Position numbers and translations under genes: made by a program. Shown here piece by piece: positions 56,290 through 64,000 of a stretch of DNA of 64,000 nucleotides (positions are counted from its first letter, which is position 1; every line of letters begins with the position of its first letter). This DNA is from a virus. The notes below the pieces were generated by a model, which was not told the DNA's origin, did no database searches, and worked only from the letters and a program-made list of their open reading frames with translations. Location: IMG/VR virus record IMGVR_UViG_3300023184_000090, positions 10,996 to 74,995 of that record; one strand, given 5' to 3'.

Positions 56290-57672
56290 TTATGCGACCT
56301 CCGATTCCTGAATCTTTTTTGCGTAGTCCCTCACTGCATTCATAAGGGCCTGCTGGGTCTTATCTTTACTGCCTATAGCAGCCACAATGGCTTCATCGAT
56401 CGTGTCTCTGGCAATGATCTGATGAACCACAATGTTATTCCTTTGGCCTTGGCGCCATAGCCGGCGGATGAATTGATCATAGATTTCCAACGACCAGGTG
56501 TTGCTATACCAGATGACAGCATAGCCTGTGCCTTGCAGGTTCAACCCATGACCTGCCGATTGTGGATGTGCCAGCAAAACAGGGTATTCACCATTGTTCC
56601 AGTTGTTGATGATGGTTGTTAGAGCTGTTTCTTTAACACCTGAGCCGATGAATGGCGCATTAGGGAACAGCTTTTGCAGTCGTTGCAAGTCATGCCTAAA
56701 GTGGTACCCAATCAGACATGGTTTTCCGTTTAAGCCTTCAACCAACTCTTCAACAGCATCTAGCTTCTTATCGTGAATAGGCTTAACGTCTCGTTCCTCA
56801 CCGTCAATGTACACTGCACCATTTGCAATTTGCTGGCACTTACCAATGGCCACAGCTGCTGTAGATGCAGTCACTTGACCTGACTCAAAGTCCACAAGCA
56901 GCTTATCTTCTAGCTCCTTGTAAATCTTTCTAGCCGCTGGAGGTAGATCTACATACACACGATTAAGCATCAACTCTGGCATGTCAAGATAGTCTTCCGC
57001 TTTCATACGAAGGACTTTGTCAGCCAACAAACCATGGATCTTTGCTTCTGACTCGGGCTTTAATGTCCAGGTGTATCCACCATAGCCGGTTTGATAGAAG
57101 TAGTTTGTTCTAAAGTGTGTGATGAACCTGCCAAAAGTGGCACCACGATCAATCACAAGTTGTGGGCCAAAGATGTCTAGCAAACTGTTGGATGCAGGTG
57201 AACCGGTCAACCCAAAGCGGCGCTTAAACTTGTCTAGGAATGGCGCAAGTGATTTAAACCGTTCGGTTCGTGTGTTCTTTAAGTAGCTAATTTCATCCAC
57301 TACAAGCAAGTCATAAGGAAATGGCTTACCGTTAAGCGACTTTGATAGCCATTGCAAGCCTTCGAAGTTGATTACATGAATGTCAGACTTGTCATGAAGA
57401 GCTTTGTCTTTTAATGGTCCGTGAAGAACAGTGATGCTTATGTTCTCAAAGTTTTCCCATTTCTTGATTTCTTCTGGCCACACTGCATAGGCAGGCCTAA
57501 GAGGTGCAAGCACAAGAACTTTTGTAATGGCTTTTGCCGCTTTAAGAATCTTAATTGCTTGTAGTGTGATGCTGGTCTTACCTAGACCAGGGTCCAACCA
57601 CAACTGCCCTGATCCATTTTCAACGAAGAACTTTACAGCCTTCTTTTGGTATTCATGCGGTTCCCAAAACAC
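56290..57672 (-). CDS. SNF2-family helicase
   Basis: LDPGLGKT, VVDEIS, LTGSP, GHGLNLQ, RLWRQGQ. Confidence 0.93.
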   Translation of the reverse strand: MFWEPHEYQKKAVKFFVENGSGQLWLDPGLGKTSITLQAIKILKAAKAITKVLVLAPLRPAYAVWPEEIKKWENFENISITVLHGPLKDKALHDKSDIHVINFEGLQWLSKSLNGKPFPYDLLVVDEISYLKNTRTERFKSLAPFLDKFKRRFGLTGSPASNSLLDIFGPQLVIDRGATFGRFITHFRTNYFYQTGYGGYTWTLKPESEAKIHGLLADKVLRMKAEDYLDMPELMLNRVYVDLPPAARKIYKELEDKLLVDFESGQVTASTAAVAIGKCQQIANGAVYIDGEERDVKPIHDKKLDAVEELVEGLNGKPCLIGYHFRHDLQRLQKLFPNAPFIGSGVKETALTTIINNWNNGEYPVLLAHPQSAGHGLNLQGTGYAVIWYSNTWSLEIYDQFIRRLWRQGQRNNIVVHQIIARDTIDEAIVAAIGSKDKTQQALMNAVRDYAKKIQESEVA

Positions 57673-57940
57673 TATCAATTCCTTCCTTTGAGTCGATCAC
57701 ATAGACTTTGTGCCCAATCTTCTTCAGATCGTTATGTATCTTGTCTTGCAATGCCGACGTTTTTCCACCTGGTCGCTTTAGTTCTACCCACAGGACTTCA
57801 CCGTTTTCAAGTGGCACTATCCTGTCAGGCCAACCACGTGCAAACCGAACATGAAGCTTTAGAGTCATCAACCCATGCTTTTTGCACTGTGCTGAAAAGT
57901 ACCGTTCAAGGTCACGTTCTAGTATTACCCGTATCACCAT
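57653..57940 (-). CDS. VRR-NUC nuclease
   Basis: ERDLE...GWPDRI...WVELKRPGGK.SALQ. Confidence 0.88.
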   Translation of the reverse strand: MVIRVILERDLERYFSAQCKKHGLMTLKLHVRFARGWPDRIVPLENGEVLWVELKRPGGKTSALQDKIHNDLKKIGHKVYVIDSKEGIDSVLGTA

Positions 57941-58572
57941 TTGCAAGGACCCCCATTGTCTTTTCGATAGTGGCAAAACCTACACAACCCTGACGGATTG
58001 GCAGAAAAGATGCTTTCAGTTTTAAGTTTGTCAATTCGACTTGTTAGCTTTTCTTGCAAAGCAGGCAGATCTTTTCGTTCGATTGTCTTGTATTCACGTG
58101 TCTTTTTCAGGTCAATAAAGTCAATGGCAAGGCTAACTTCATCAATGTGTGGCTTGGTCGACAACACAACGCCTGCATAGGTTTCCACTTGGTCGGTGTA
58201 ATCCCTATCCTTGCCTGTCTTAAAGTCACGCACAGTGGCTTTGTTGTCTTGCTCTATGTACAAATCAATGACACCTCTAAACCACGCACTAGGGTCTTTG
58301 TATTCAACAGCAGCCCATTTAGCATCAATAGAGAATTGCATCTCTGATTGTGCATTCATACCTTTCCACTTTTCAAGCATAGGCAACAGATGCTGAATAT
58401 GATCCGACACCAAAGGCAGTCCGCCTTTAAAGACGGCTTCGATCTCGGTGTGTATCATCGTGCCTCTGGCTGCTGCATCACCTGACGGTTGTGGAAGACG
58501 ATCAATGCGACTGAACTTATATTGTGCAGGACATTGTTCGTATTGCTTGATTGCCGAATAAGAGTACGCCAT
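57934..58572 (-). CDS. Cas4-like PD-(D/E)XK exonuclease
   Basis: SYS...CP, GVIDL, DFKTG, CRFC...C. Confidence 0.85.
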   Translation of the reverse strand: MAYSYSAIKQYEQCPAQYKFSRIDRLPQPSGDAAARGTMIHTEIEAVFKGGLPLVSDHIQHLLPMLEKWKGMNAQSEMQFSIDAKWAAVEYKDPSAWFRGVIDLYIEQDNKATVRDFKTGKDRDYTDQVETYAGVVLSTKPHIDEVSLAIDFIDLKKTREYKTIERKDLPALQEKLTSRIDKLKTESIFSANPSGLCRFCHYRKDNGGPCKW

Positions 58573-60392
58573 TACTTGACCTCTGCAAAGTTATTGCCAA
58601 CCTTGGCTTCTGCAATGAGTGGGACATCCAACGTAAATGCATGGATCATGCAATGTGCCAGCTTTTCAGCCTCACGTTGGACAACATCAGCCTCGGCTGA
58701 GATGATCAATTCATCATGCAAGGATAGCAACAAACGACTACCAAGTGCAACCTTATGATAATCAATCATTGCCTGCTTTGCCATATCAGCACCGCTACCT
58801 TGAATGAGAGTGTTTAATGACTTAAATGCAAAGTTCATAAGCCTGCCATTGATGATCTTGGGCGGTTCACCCTTAACCAGCCTACCGCCAATGGTGGAGA
58901 ACGGTGCCCTAAGCTTATACCTGTCCATCAAATCACGATTGACTTTGTCAAGGCCAGGTGCTACCTCAGACTTGTACAGGTCAATCAACAACTTGGCTTC
59001 ATCATAGGGAATACCTAGCATCTCACTGATCTTTTTGGGCCCTGCACCGTACAAGATGCCAAAAGACATTGTCTTGGCATAGTCACGAATAACAACACGA
59101 CCAGCCTTTTCACTCATCAAGTTGGCAGCAAACGTGTGTAGATCGGCATTGGGGTCTTTACGATACTGTTCGGCAAGCTTACCATCCTCAAAGTGTGCAA
59201 ACAATCTAAGCTCTTGGGCTTGGAAGTCAGCAGCTGCCATTAAATGGCCTTCATCAGGCAGTATGAATTGGCGGATCTTAGGTATCACCAGGCCTTGAAG
59301 GACTAGAGGTAGCGGTGTCTTTGGCCCACGAGTTGGCATTGTCTGCAATGTGGGTTTTGCCGACAACCGACCGGTACGGGTACCGCCAACCTCACCGCGG
59401 ACCGTATTCCATTCCGTGTAGATCCTTCCCGTTGATGACGATTGCATTAGCCATGGTTCTATATAGGTACCGGTCAGTTTGACCAACACGTCCCTATGCC
59501 GTAGGACTGAGGACAATTCGTCGTCGGTTAGCATGTCCTTCAGTGTGTCTTTGTCGGACAGTGGTGTGTTCTTGTCACTGGTAGGCCACTTCTTGTCTTT
59601 GTTGTAGACACCTTTAGCCATGATAACATTCACCAGCTGTATGCCTGAGTTAAAGTTGATGTCATCCGTACCAAAGTACTTGAACAGCCATTCTTCACAC
59701 ATGGCGATGTCAGCTTTAGCCTTGTCAAGGCAGCCTTGTAAACCTGCAGTGTCAACACGAACACCTAGCTTACTGTTCTCCAACAACACAGGCATCAATG
59801 ACATTTCCCTAAAGTAGGCTTCAGGCATATCAGCCCTAACCATTTCAGTGAAGTCAAACAAAGCCGCTGTAAGTCGTACGTCAGCATTGGCATACTTACC
59901 TACTAGATCGGCAGGACCACGAGCAATGTAGGCGCCTGCAGTCTTAGGCTTCTTCTTAACAGCCTCAATGTGTTCTACCAGCCACATGAACAGTTCATCA
60001 CGTTCCTCAGGCTGAATGTTTAACCATTCCTTACAAAGCTCTTTTAGACTCAAGCTACGAACATACGGGTCGTGCAGGAAAGCAAGAACCATGGTGTCAT
60101 GCATCCTTGACGGATGTATAAAAGGCAGGTCAAACTTTTCGTAGATGATAGCCATGTCGAACATTGCATTGTGAAAGCAGATGTGCCGATTAGATGCCCA
60201 AATGTCTTTAAGCAATTCACGGACCGTATTGAAATCCGTGTTGTTGTTAGAGTCATGCGAGAATGAGTAGTAACCGGACTTGAACTGCCCAGTCCTGTCG
60301 AGCACCGCCAAGCCAACCGGCTTAGGTGGGTACTGTTCAGGACGTGGGCCGATCGCTTCCGACTCAAAGTCTAGGAAGATAGGGTCTTGCAT
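58572..60392 (-). CDS. polA: family A DNA polymerase (Phe at the 762-equivalent position)
   Basis: ExoI DFES, HNAMFD, YANAD, TGRLS, motif A DFQAQELR, motif B AKTMSFGILYG, IQGS, motif C HDE. Confidence 0.95.
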   Translation of the reverse strand: MQDPIFLDFESEAIGPRPEQYPPKPVGLAVLDRTGQFKSGYYSFSHDSNNNTDFNTVRELLKDIWASNRHICFHNAMFDMAIIYEKFDLPFIHPSRMHDTMVLAFLHDPYVRSLSLKELCKEWLNIQPEERDELFMWLVEHIEAVKKKPKTAGAYIARGPADLVGKYANADVRLTAALFDFTEMVRADMPEAYFREMSLMPVLLENSKLGVRVDTAGLQGCLDKAKADIAMCEEWLFKYFGTDDINFNSGIQLVNVIMAKGVYNKDKKWPTSDKNTPLSDKDTLKDMLTDDELSSVLRHRDVLVKLTGTYIEPWLMQSSSTGRIYTEWNTVRGEVGGTRTGRLSAKPTLQTMPTRGPKTPLPLVLQGLVIPKIRQFILPDEGHLMAAADFQAQELRLFAHFEDGKLAEQYRKDPNADLHTFAANLMSEKAGRVVIRDYAKTMSFGILYGAGPKKISEMLGIPYDEAKLLIDLYKSEVAPGLDKVNRDLMDRYKLRAPFSTIGGRLVKGEPPKIINGRLMNFAFKSLNTLIQGSGADMAKQAMIDYHKVALGSRLLLSLHDELIISAEADVVQREAEKLAHCMIHAFTLDVPLIAEAKVGNNFAEVK

Positions 60393-61141
60393 TAATACTT
60401 GCTCGACTTAGCTGCAGGTGCTTCAGGTGCCGCATCTTCTTCAACGCCGGCAGTTTCGATAGCAAGAGCAAGCTCTTTTTCGCTACGTGCAACTAAAGCC
60501 TTGATCACTTCCATGTTGTCAATGGTACGTACAAAGTCAAAGTTCACCTTGAACTGAGTCTTGGCATCAGGCACCAGGCTAATCCGTGTGATCACGGCAG
60601 ACAAAGGGCGGCGGGTAGTACTTGCAATCTTTTGCAGGTAGGTAGCAAACCCACGAACACTGGTCACAGGGGTGCGTAAAGCGGCCACTTCAGCTGCATT
60701 GACGGACTCAACCGACTCAACCGAATCAGCAGTCATGATCAAAAGCCGACGCTTTTCAGCACATGCTTTGCCTTTGCCGCCATTGGTGGAACTACCCCAT
60801 TGATCTTTAGGGCAACCTTGGCAAGTGTCGCACTGTTTTTCAGGTGCACTGCCGTTAGGCTTAAGATCCGACATGGTAGGGCCAAGAGCATAGCACACAG
60901 GACCGGCAGGGTTTGTGGGATCATACCGGCTTGTGTAATACAGGCGTTCCACAGGCGAACTGAGAATCACCACTTCCAACTGATTGTTGGCAATGGGGTT
61001 ATCCCGGTAGCTTAAGATGGCGCCTTTGGTGCTAAGGAACTGAGTACCGACGGTACTACGTTCAGCAACCATGCCGGCATTTGCCAGTTTTTCCAGTTCG
61101 GATTCGAACAGTGCCAGTTGTTGACCAGGTTTAGTAGACAT
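60392..61141 (-). CDS. putative ssDNA-binding protein
   Basis: YY...YDP....PVC, C..CP...WGS...GKGKAC...RRL Zn motif, acidic tail; upstream of polA. Confidence 0.65.
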   Translation of the reverse strand: MSTKPGQQLALFESELEKLANAGMVAERSTVGTQFLSTKGAILSYRDNPIANNQLEVVILSSPVERLYYTSRYDPTNPAGPVCYALGPTMSDLKPNGSAPEKQCDTCQGCPKDQWGSSTNGGKGKACAEKRRLLIMTADSVESVESVNAAEVAALRTPVTSVRGFATYLQKIASTTRRPLSAVITRISLVPDAKTQFKVNFDFVRTIDNMEVIKALVARSEKELALAIETAGVEEDAAPEAPAAKSSKY

Positions 61142-61151
61142 TTAAAAACTC

Positions 61152-61526
61152 CTATTTGCGTGATTTAGTTAACGAGATTTCCCACACATCAGCAGTTGTA
61201 GACCCGGGAATAATCTCACCGGCTTCCCAACGATCCTTGAAAGCGGTGCTGCTGAGTCTTTTATGCAGCAAGTCAAAGCTTTTTGTAGCCGTGACATACG
61301 CATAAAATTGATCCCAATCCGTGATGGTTGGGTGTGTCTTTTTGGCCATAGTAACTGAATGGCCACGTTCAGATGCGGCCTTCATGGTGCCTGCTTCATT
61401 CATAGCATGCATGATGTCAGCTTCCAATGTTGCTGCCTTCTTAGACAGCTCTGAATCCTGTTCAGACAGTTCCTTACGCTGAGTCTTGATCATTGCAAGC
61501 TCATCAATTAGATCATTTAGCTTCAT
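61152..61526 (-). CDS. conserved replication-module coiled-coil protein
   Basis: DWDQFYAYV.....DLL.KR.S......IPG. Confidence 0.7.
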   Translation of the reverse strand: MKLNDLIDELAMIKTQRKELSEQDSELSKKAATLEADIMHAMNEAGTMKAASERGHSVTMAKKTHPTITDWDQFYAYVTATKSFDLLHKRLSSTAFKDRWEAGEIIPGSTTADVWEISLTKSRK

Positions 61527-61986
61527 AAGGCACCTCTAACAGTTCAGGGTCGTACACATGCACATTTAGAATTGCTTCGCTAAACATGGCCTTGGCTACC
61601 TTGAATGACTGATCCCACCTAGGGTTGCTATTCATGATAGTCACATGAGCCGTGATGCCTGATTGGATGATCATAGATGCGCATTGGCTACATGCATGCA
61701 TAGGCCAAGTGTAGATTGTGCAATCTTTCAAAGACTGCTTTGCAAACAAAATGGCATTGGCTTCGGCATGCAAGGTCATCATCAACTTAGTGTTGCGATC
61801 AAATAGCCGCTCCTGGTGATCTTGTATGCCACGAGGAAAACCATTGAAGCCAGTACTTACGATTTGATTGTCTGGGCTAACAATCACAGCACCGCACTTT
61901 GTGGATGGATCCTTAGACCAGGTTGACACAAGCTTAGCCAGTTGCAAATAGCGTATGTGCCACTTGTTAGGCGTAAGCATGATCAT
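61513..61986 (-). CDS. dCMP deaminase
   Basis: WSKDPSTKCGAVI, GFNGFP, HAEANA, CSQC..IIQSGI. Confidence 0.92.
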   Translation of the reverse strand: MIMLTPNKWHIRYLQLAKLVSTWSKDPSTKCGAVIVSPDNQIVSTGFNGFPRGIQDHQERLFDRNTKLMMTLHAEANAILFAKQSLKDCTIYTWPMHACSQCASMIIQSGITAHVTIMNSNPRWDQSFKVAKAMFSEAILNVHVYDPELLEVPYEAK

Positions 61987-62473
61987 CTTTCATAAAATCA
62001 GGCATGTAGTTGTCGGCATTCCGATACCATGCCATGGTCATAACGTTTTGCTTCCAACGGTAGTAGTTGCGGTATGCCTTAACGGTGTCAGCATCTTTGC
62101 ATTCATCCGGCATGCACTGGGGCGGATTTCTCCATGTGCTTGGCAGTTTGCTAAGTGCAGGAGGCGGATCCATAAGCTCGCCAAAGAATAAATCACGTGT
62201 TTTGTGATCATGGCCATAGCGTAAACGAAATTGCTTACAAAGGCTTTTGCCTAAGTCAACAAGGTACATGTAGTGAAGACGTGACTCACGTGCCCATATT
62301 GCCGATGGGTGGTTTTTGTGTGTAGGTTTGTAGGTAACATTGGCGCCATTGCCATGCTCATGATGTGCCGTTGCCAACAGTTGTGCTGTTTCGACGATCA
62401 TTTTGACCACGTGCTTATCGCAATGAAACAAAGCGGCAATTTGGGGTGTGTGGTGTAAGAAGAAGATGTTCAT
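61967..62473 (-). CDS. pyrimidine-dimer DNA glycosylase-like (DenV/Pyr_excise-related) protein
   Basis: MNIFFL...A..HCDKHVVKM..ETAQLL, YKPTHKNHP..IW, PQCMPD, AYRNYY. Confidence 0.75.
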   Translation of the reverse strand: MNIFFLHHTPQIAALFHCDKHVVKMIVETAQLLATAHHEHGNGANVTYKPTHKNHPSAIWARESRLHYMYLVDLGKSLCKQFRLRYGHDHKTRDLFFGELMDPPPALSKLPSTWRNPPQCMPDECKDADTVKAYRNYYRWKQNVMTMAWYRNADNYMPDFMKDDHAYA

Positions 62474-62477
62474 GTGT

Positions 62478-62672
62478 TTAGCCTTTGATGGAAACTTCTT
62501 CGCCGGTTGCGTATTCGAGGTGGTCAACCATTTGATCGACCGACCACAAGTGCACTGGTGTAGTTTCACCGGTCATAACATCATGAACTAATTCTTCCAA
62601 GTCACCTGCTTCAAGTAAGCTTTCGATAATTTGTGCTATTGCTTGCTTTTTAGTGATTGTGCTATTTGACAT
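62478..62672 (-). CDS. small hypothetical protein
   Basis: first gene after the promoter; RBS AAAGG. Confidence 0.6.
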   Translation of the reverse strand: MSNSTITKKQAIAQIIESLLEAGDLEELVHDVMTGETTPVHLWSVDQMVDHLEYATGEEVSIKG

Positions 62673-62710
62673 TTTGATACCTTTGTTTTCAGAAGTTTAG
62701 GGTTTATGAG

Positions 62711-62764
62711 TGTTTACTGAGTAAACAATTGCATTATACAATGCTTTCTAAAAAGTAAACACTT
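62711..62764 (-). promoter_or_regulatory. promoter of the replication operon with downstream palindrome
   Basis: Minus strand reads GTGTTTACTTT-TTAGAAAGCATTG-TATAAT-GCAAT-TGTTTACT-C-AGTAAACA. Confidence 0.8.
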
Positions 62765-63161
62765 ATTTGCGATTATTTTCAAATAATTTTAGCGCAATTA
62801 GCTCTTCAGGGCCTGTCCATCCTTCAGGCTTTTTGGCGTCTTGTTGTGTGCCGCGGCTTGTAGCGCCTGGGACTTTTTGCATGTTGCAATTGTGGACTAT
62901 GTCCAGGATCTCAGGTAATGGCAGACCCATGTGATGAGCACATCCCATTGTGACATAAGCAAGATCTGCAATTGCATCGGCAGCATCTACAAGATCGCCT
63001 TTTTCATGAGCCTTAAGAAGCTCGGACAGTTCTTCCATGAGGAACCGTGCATAGAAGCTGATGTCAGCAGGTTGCAATAGCTGAGGTGTTGTTGAGACTG
63101 GCAAGTTAAGCTTTTGCCGAAACTGTAGGACTTTGTTAAAGATGTCTTGGTTCATGGTCAT
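62763..63161 (-). CDS. MazG-like (PRA-PH family) nucleotide pyrophosphohydrolase
   Basis: MEELSEL...DAADAIADLAYV..G...VH.CNM.K...KPEGW..P. Confidence 0.85.
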   Translation of the reverse strand: MTMNQDIFNKVLQFRQKLNLPVSTTPQLLQPADISFYARFLMEELSELLKAHEKGDLVDAADAIADLAYVTMGCAHHMGLPLPEILDIVHNCNMQKVPGATSRGTQQDAKKPEGWTGPEELIALKLFENNRK

Positions 63162-63394
63162 TTCCATAAGTGTTGCAGTGATTTAGAGTCGTAGGCTTTT
63201 TGAAATTCTTTTGGTTCAGGTTTGTTGGTTCTCTCCTTGTATGGTTTTTGCGGAATGGTGCCTGTGAACTGTACTTCAAGGGACTTAAAATTGTAGTAAC
63301 ACAGGTTGCATGTCCTGCGTCGATACACTTTGTCTTCCCATTTAGTTGTTTCTATCACCGACGTTTTTGTGCCTTCACACTTGGGGCACTTCAT
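63158..63394 (-). CDS. NrdR-like Zn-ribbon protein
   Basis: MKCPKC....SVIET.....RRRTC..C...F.SLE resembles the NrdR N-terminal DNA-binding ribbon; no ATP cone. Confidence 0.7.
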   Translation of the reverse strand: MKCPKCEGTKTSVIETTKWEDKVYRRRTCNLCYYNFKSLEVQFTGTIPQKPYKERTNKPEPKEFQKAYDSKSLQHLWK

Positions 63395-63552
63395 TTGGCC
63401 TCCATGCATTTGTGCTCATCAGCAAGATGCTTAGACAGGAAGATAAGTTTGCACTTTGTGCATGTCCACAACTGGCCTTCCTTCACCACAACGTAGCGAT
63501 TACTGTCATCACCACGTAACTTTCCAAAGAATGTTCTAATCTTTTCGATCAT
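63391..63552 (-). CDS. small Zn-finger protein
   Basis: WTCTKCKLIFLSKHLADEHKC; ATGA-coupled on both sides. Confidence 0.55.
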   Translation of the reverse strand: MIEKIRTFFGKLRGDDSNRYVVVKEGQLWTCTKCKLIFLSKHLADEHKCMEAK

Positions 63553-63731
63553 GTGTTCTTCCTCTTAATCAATTTTGTGACTTCATCCACAGTAAGTCCG
63601 AGCGCTTCTAGATCTGCTGGTCGGACAATGAAATACTTTGGTATTGCGGTAACCCTGTCGCCAGTCTCATCCATGTGTTTGCGGATTTTTATGAGCATGT
63701 CCTCTAAGCTGGCCTCCGTCAGTTCACTCAT
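63549..63731 (-). CDS. 60-aa protein homologous to a segment of the major capsid protein
   Basis: LTEASLEDMLIKIRKHMDETGDRVTAIPKYFIVRP aligns without gaps to MCP LSQTSLEQMLIQVRQAVDNNGKKIRLQPLKLVVAP. Confidence 0.7.
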   Translation of the reverse strand: MSELTEASLEDMLIKIRKHMDETGDRVTAIPKYFIVRPADLEALGLTVDEVTKLIKRKNT

Positions 63732-63880
63732 GCCACACCCCTCATCTCCCAGCCTGCAATGAAGTAATTCCAACGCCCTTGCATAGCAGGGTTGGTGTAC
63801 TTGTCGCCAGTCATGTGCAAATCATCCTCTGTGTAGCCCTTGGAGGCCATCAGTGCATGGAATACTTGTCGTGCTTTCAT
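63728..63880 (-). CDS. small hypothetical protein
   Basis: MKARQVFHALM...RWNYFIAGWEMRGVA; ATGA-coupled. Confidence 0.6.
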   Translation of the reverse strand: MKARQVFHALMASKGYTEDDLHMTGDKYTNPAMQGRWNYFIAGWEMRGVA

Positions 63881-64000
63881 GTGTTCTCCTTGAATTGATA
63901 ATCTTTAAAGACGGTTCCCCTGCTTGCATCGCCTTTCCAGCATTCGTTTACCCATCCCCGCTTGCCTGACTTGTAAGTACGCCAATGTCCACGAACCTGA
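63874..64000. repeat. exact direct repeat, copy 2 (3' end of the gene at 5300-5965)
   Basis: identical to 5297-5423 up to the window edge. Confidence 0.97.

Noticed and set aside
54037-60392. 2-aminoadenine (Z) genome
   Set aside because: A DatZ-like HD gene is present but no adenylosuccinate synthetase (PurZ) homolog is visible in the apparently complete genome.
1-64000. Prophage or integrated element
   Set aside because: No integrase, CI-like repressor or host genes; both flanks of the repeat are phage genes.
1-64000. Stop-codon reassignment
   Set aside because: Core genes are full length in the standard code, and TAA, TGA and TAG (endolysin, 40981) all serve as stops.
63874-64000. Physical direct terminal repeat of the virion DNA
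   Set aside because: The repeat begins at a gene junction, has 5.3 kb of other phage sequence outside it and is cut by the window edge; circular overlap or chimeric assembly explains it better.

Overview
The window is tailed-phage DNA with podovirus-like architecture: terminase, portal, GroES, scaffold, Mu-gpT-like major capsid protein, tail fibres, lysis genes and ejection proteins, with no tape measure and no integrase. Positions 63874-64000 exactly repeat 5297-5423, so 5297-63873 (58,577 bp) reads as one complete circularly permuted genome. Bases 1-5296 are a GC-richer fragment with a second, unrelated replication module (SNF2 helicase, Cas4-like nuclease, PolA, VRR-NUC), probably a different phage joined through a shared gene. 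The most interesting element is a separately promoted operon next to the helicase/PolA block. It encodes a nucleoside 2-deoxyribosyltransferase/N-glycosidase, a YfbR/DatZ-like HD phosphohydrolase, a small DUF6378-like protein and a ThyX-fold flavoenzyme with a remodelled active site. The layout parallels datZ-mazZ-purZ and is a candidate new base-substitution system. Other highlights are a 60-aa early gene homologous to a segment of the major capsid protein (possible decoy), a structured RNA with a tRNA T-arm at the start of the late operon, a [FYML][AK]xGG motif shared by virion proteins, four paralogous tail-fibre genes, a phage-specific promoter motif, iteron-like origin repeats and a probable ATT start codon. 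All family assignments come from motif recognition by eye; no database searches were run.
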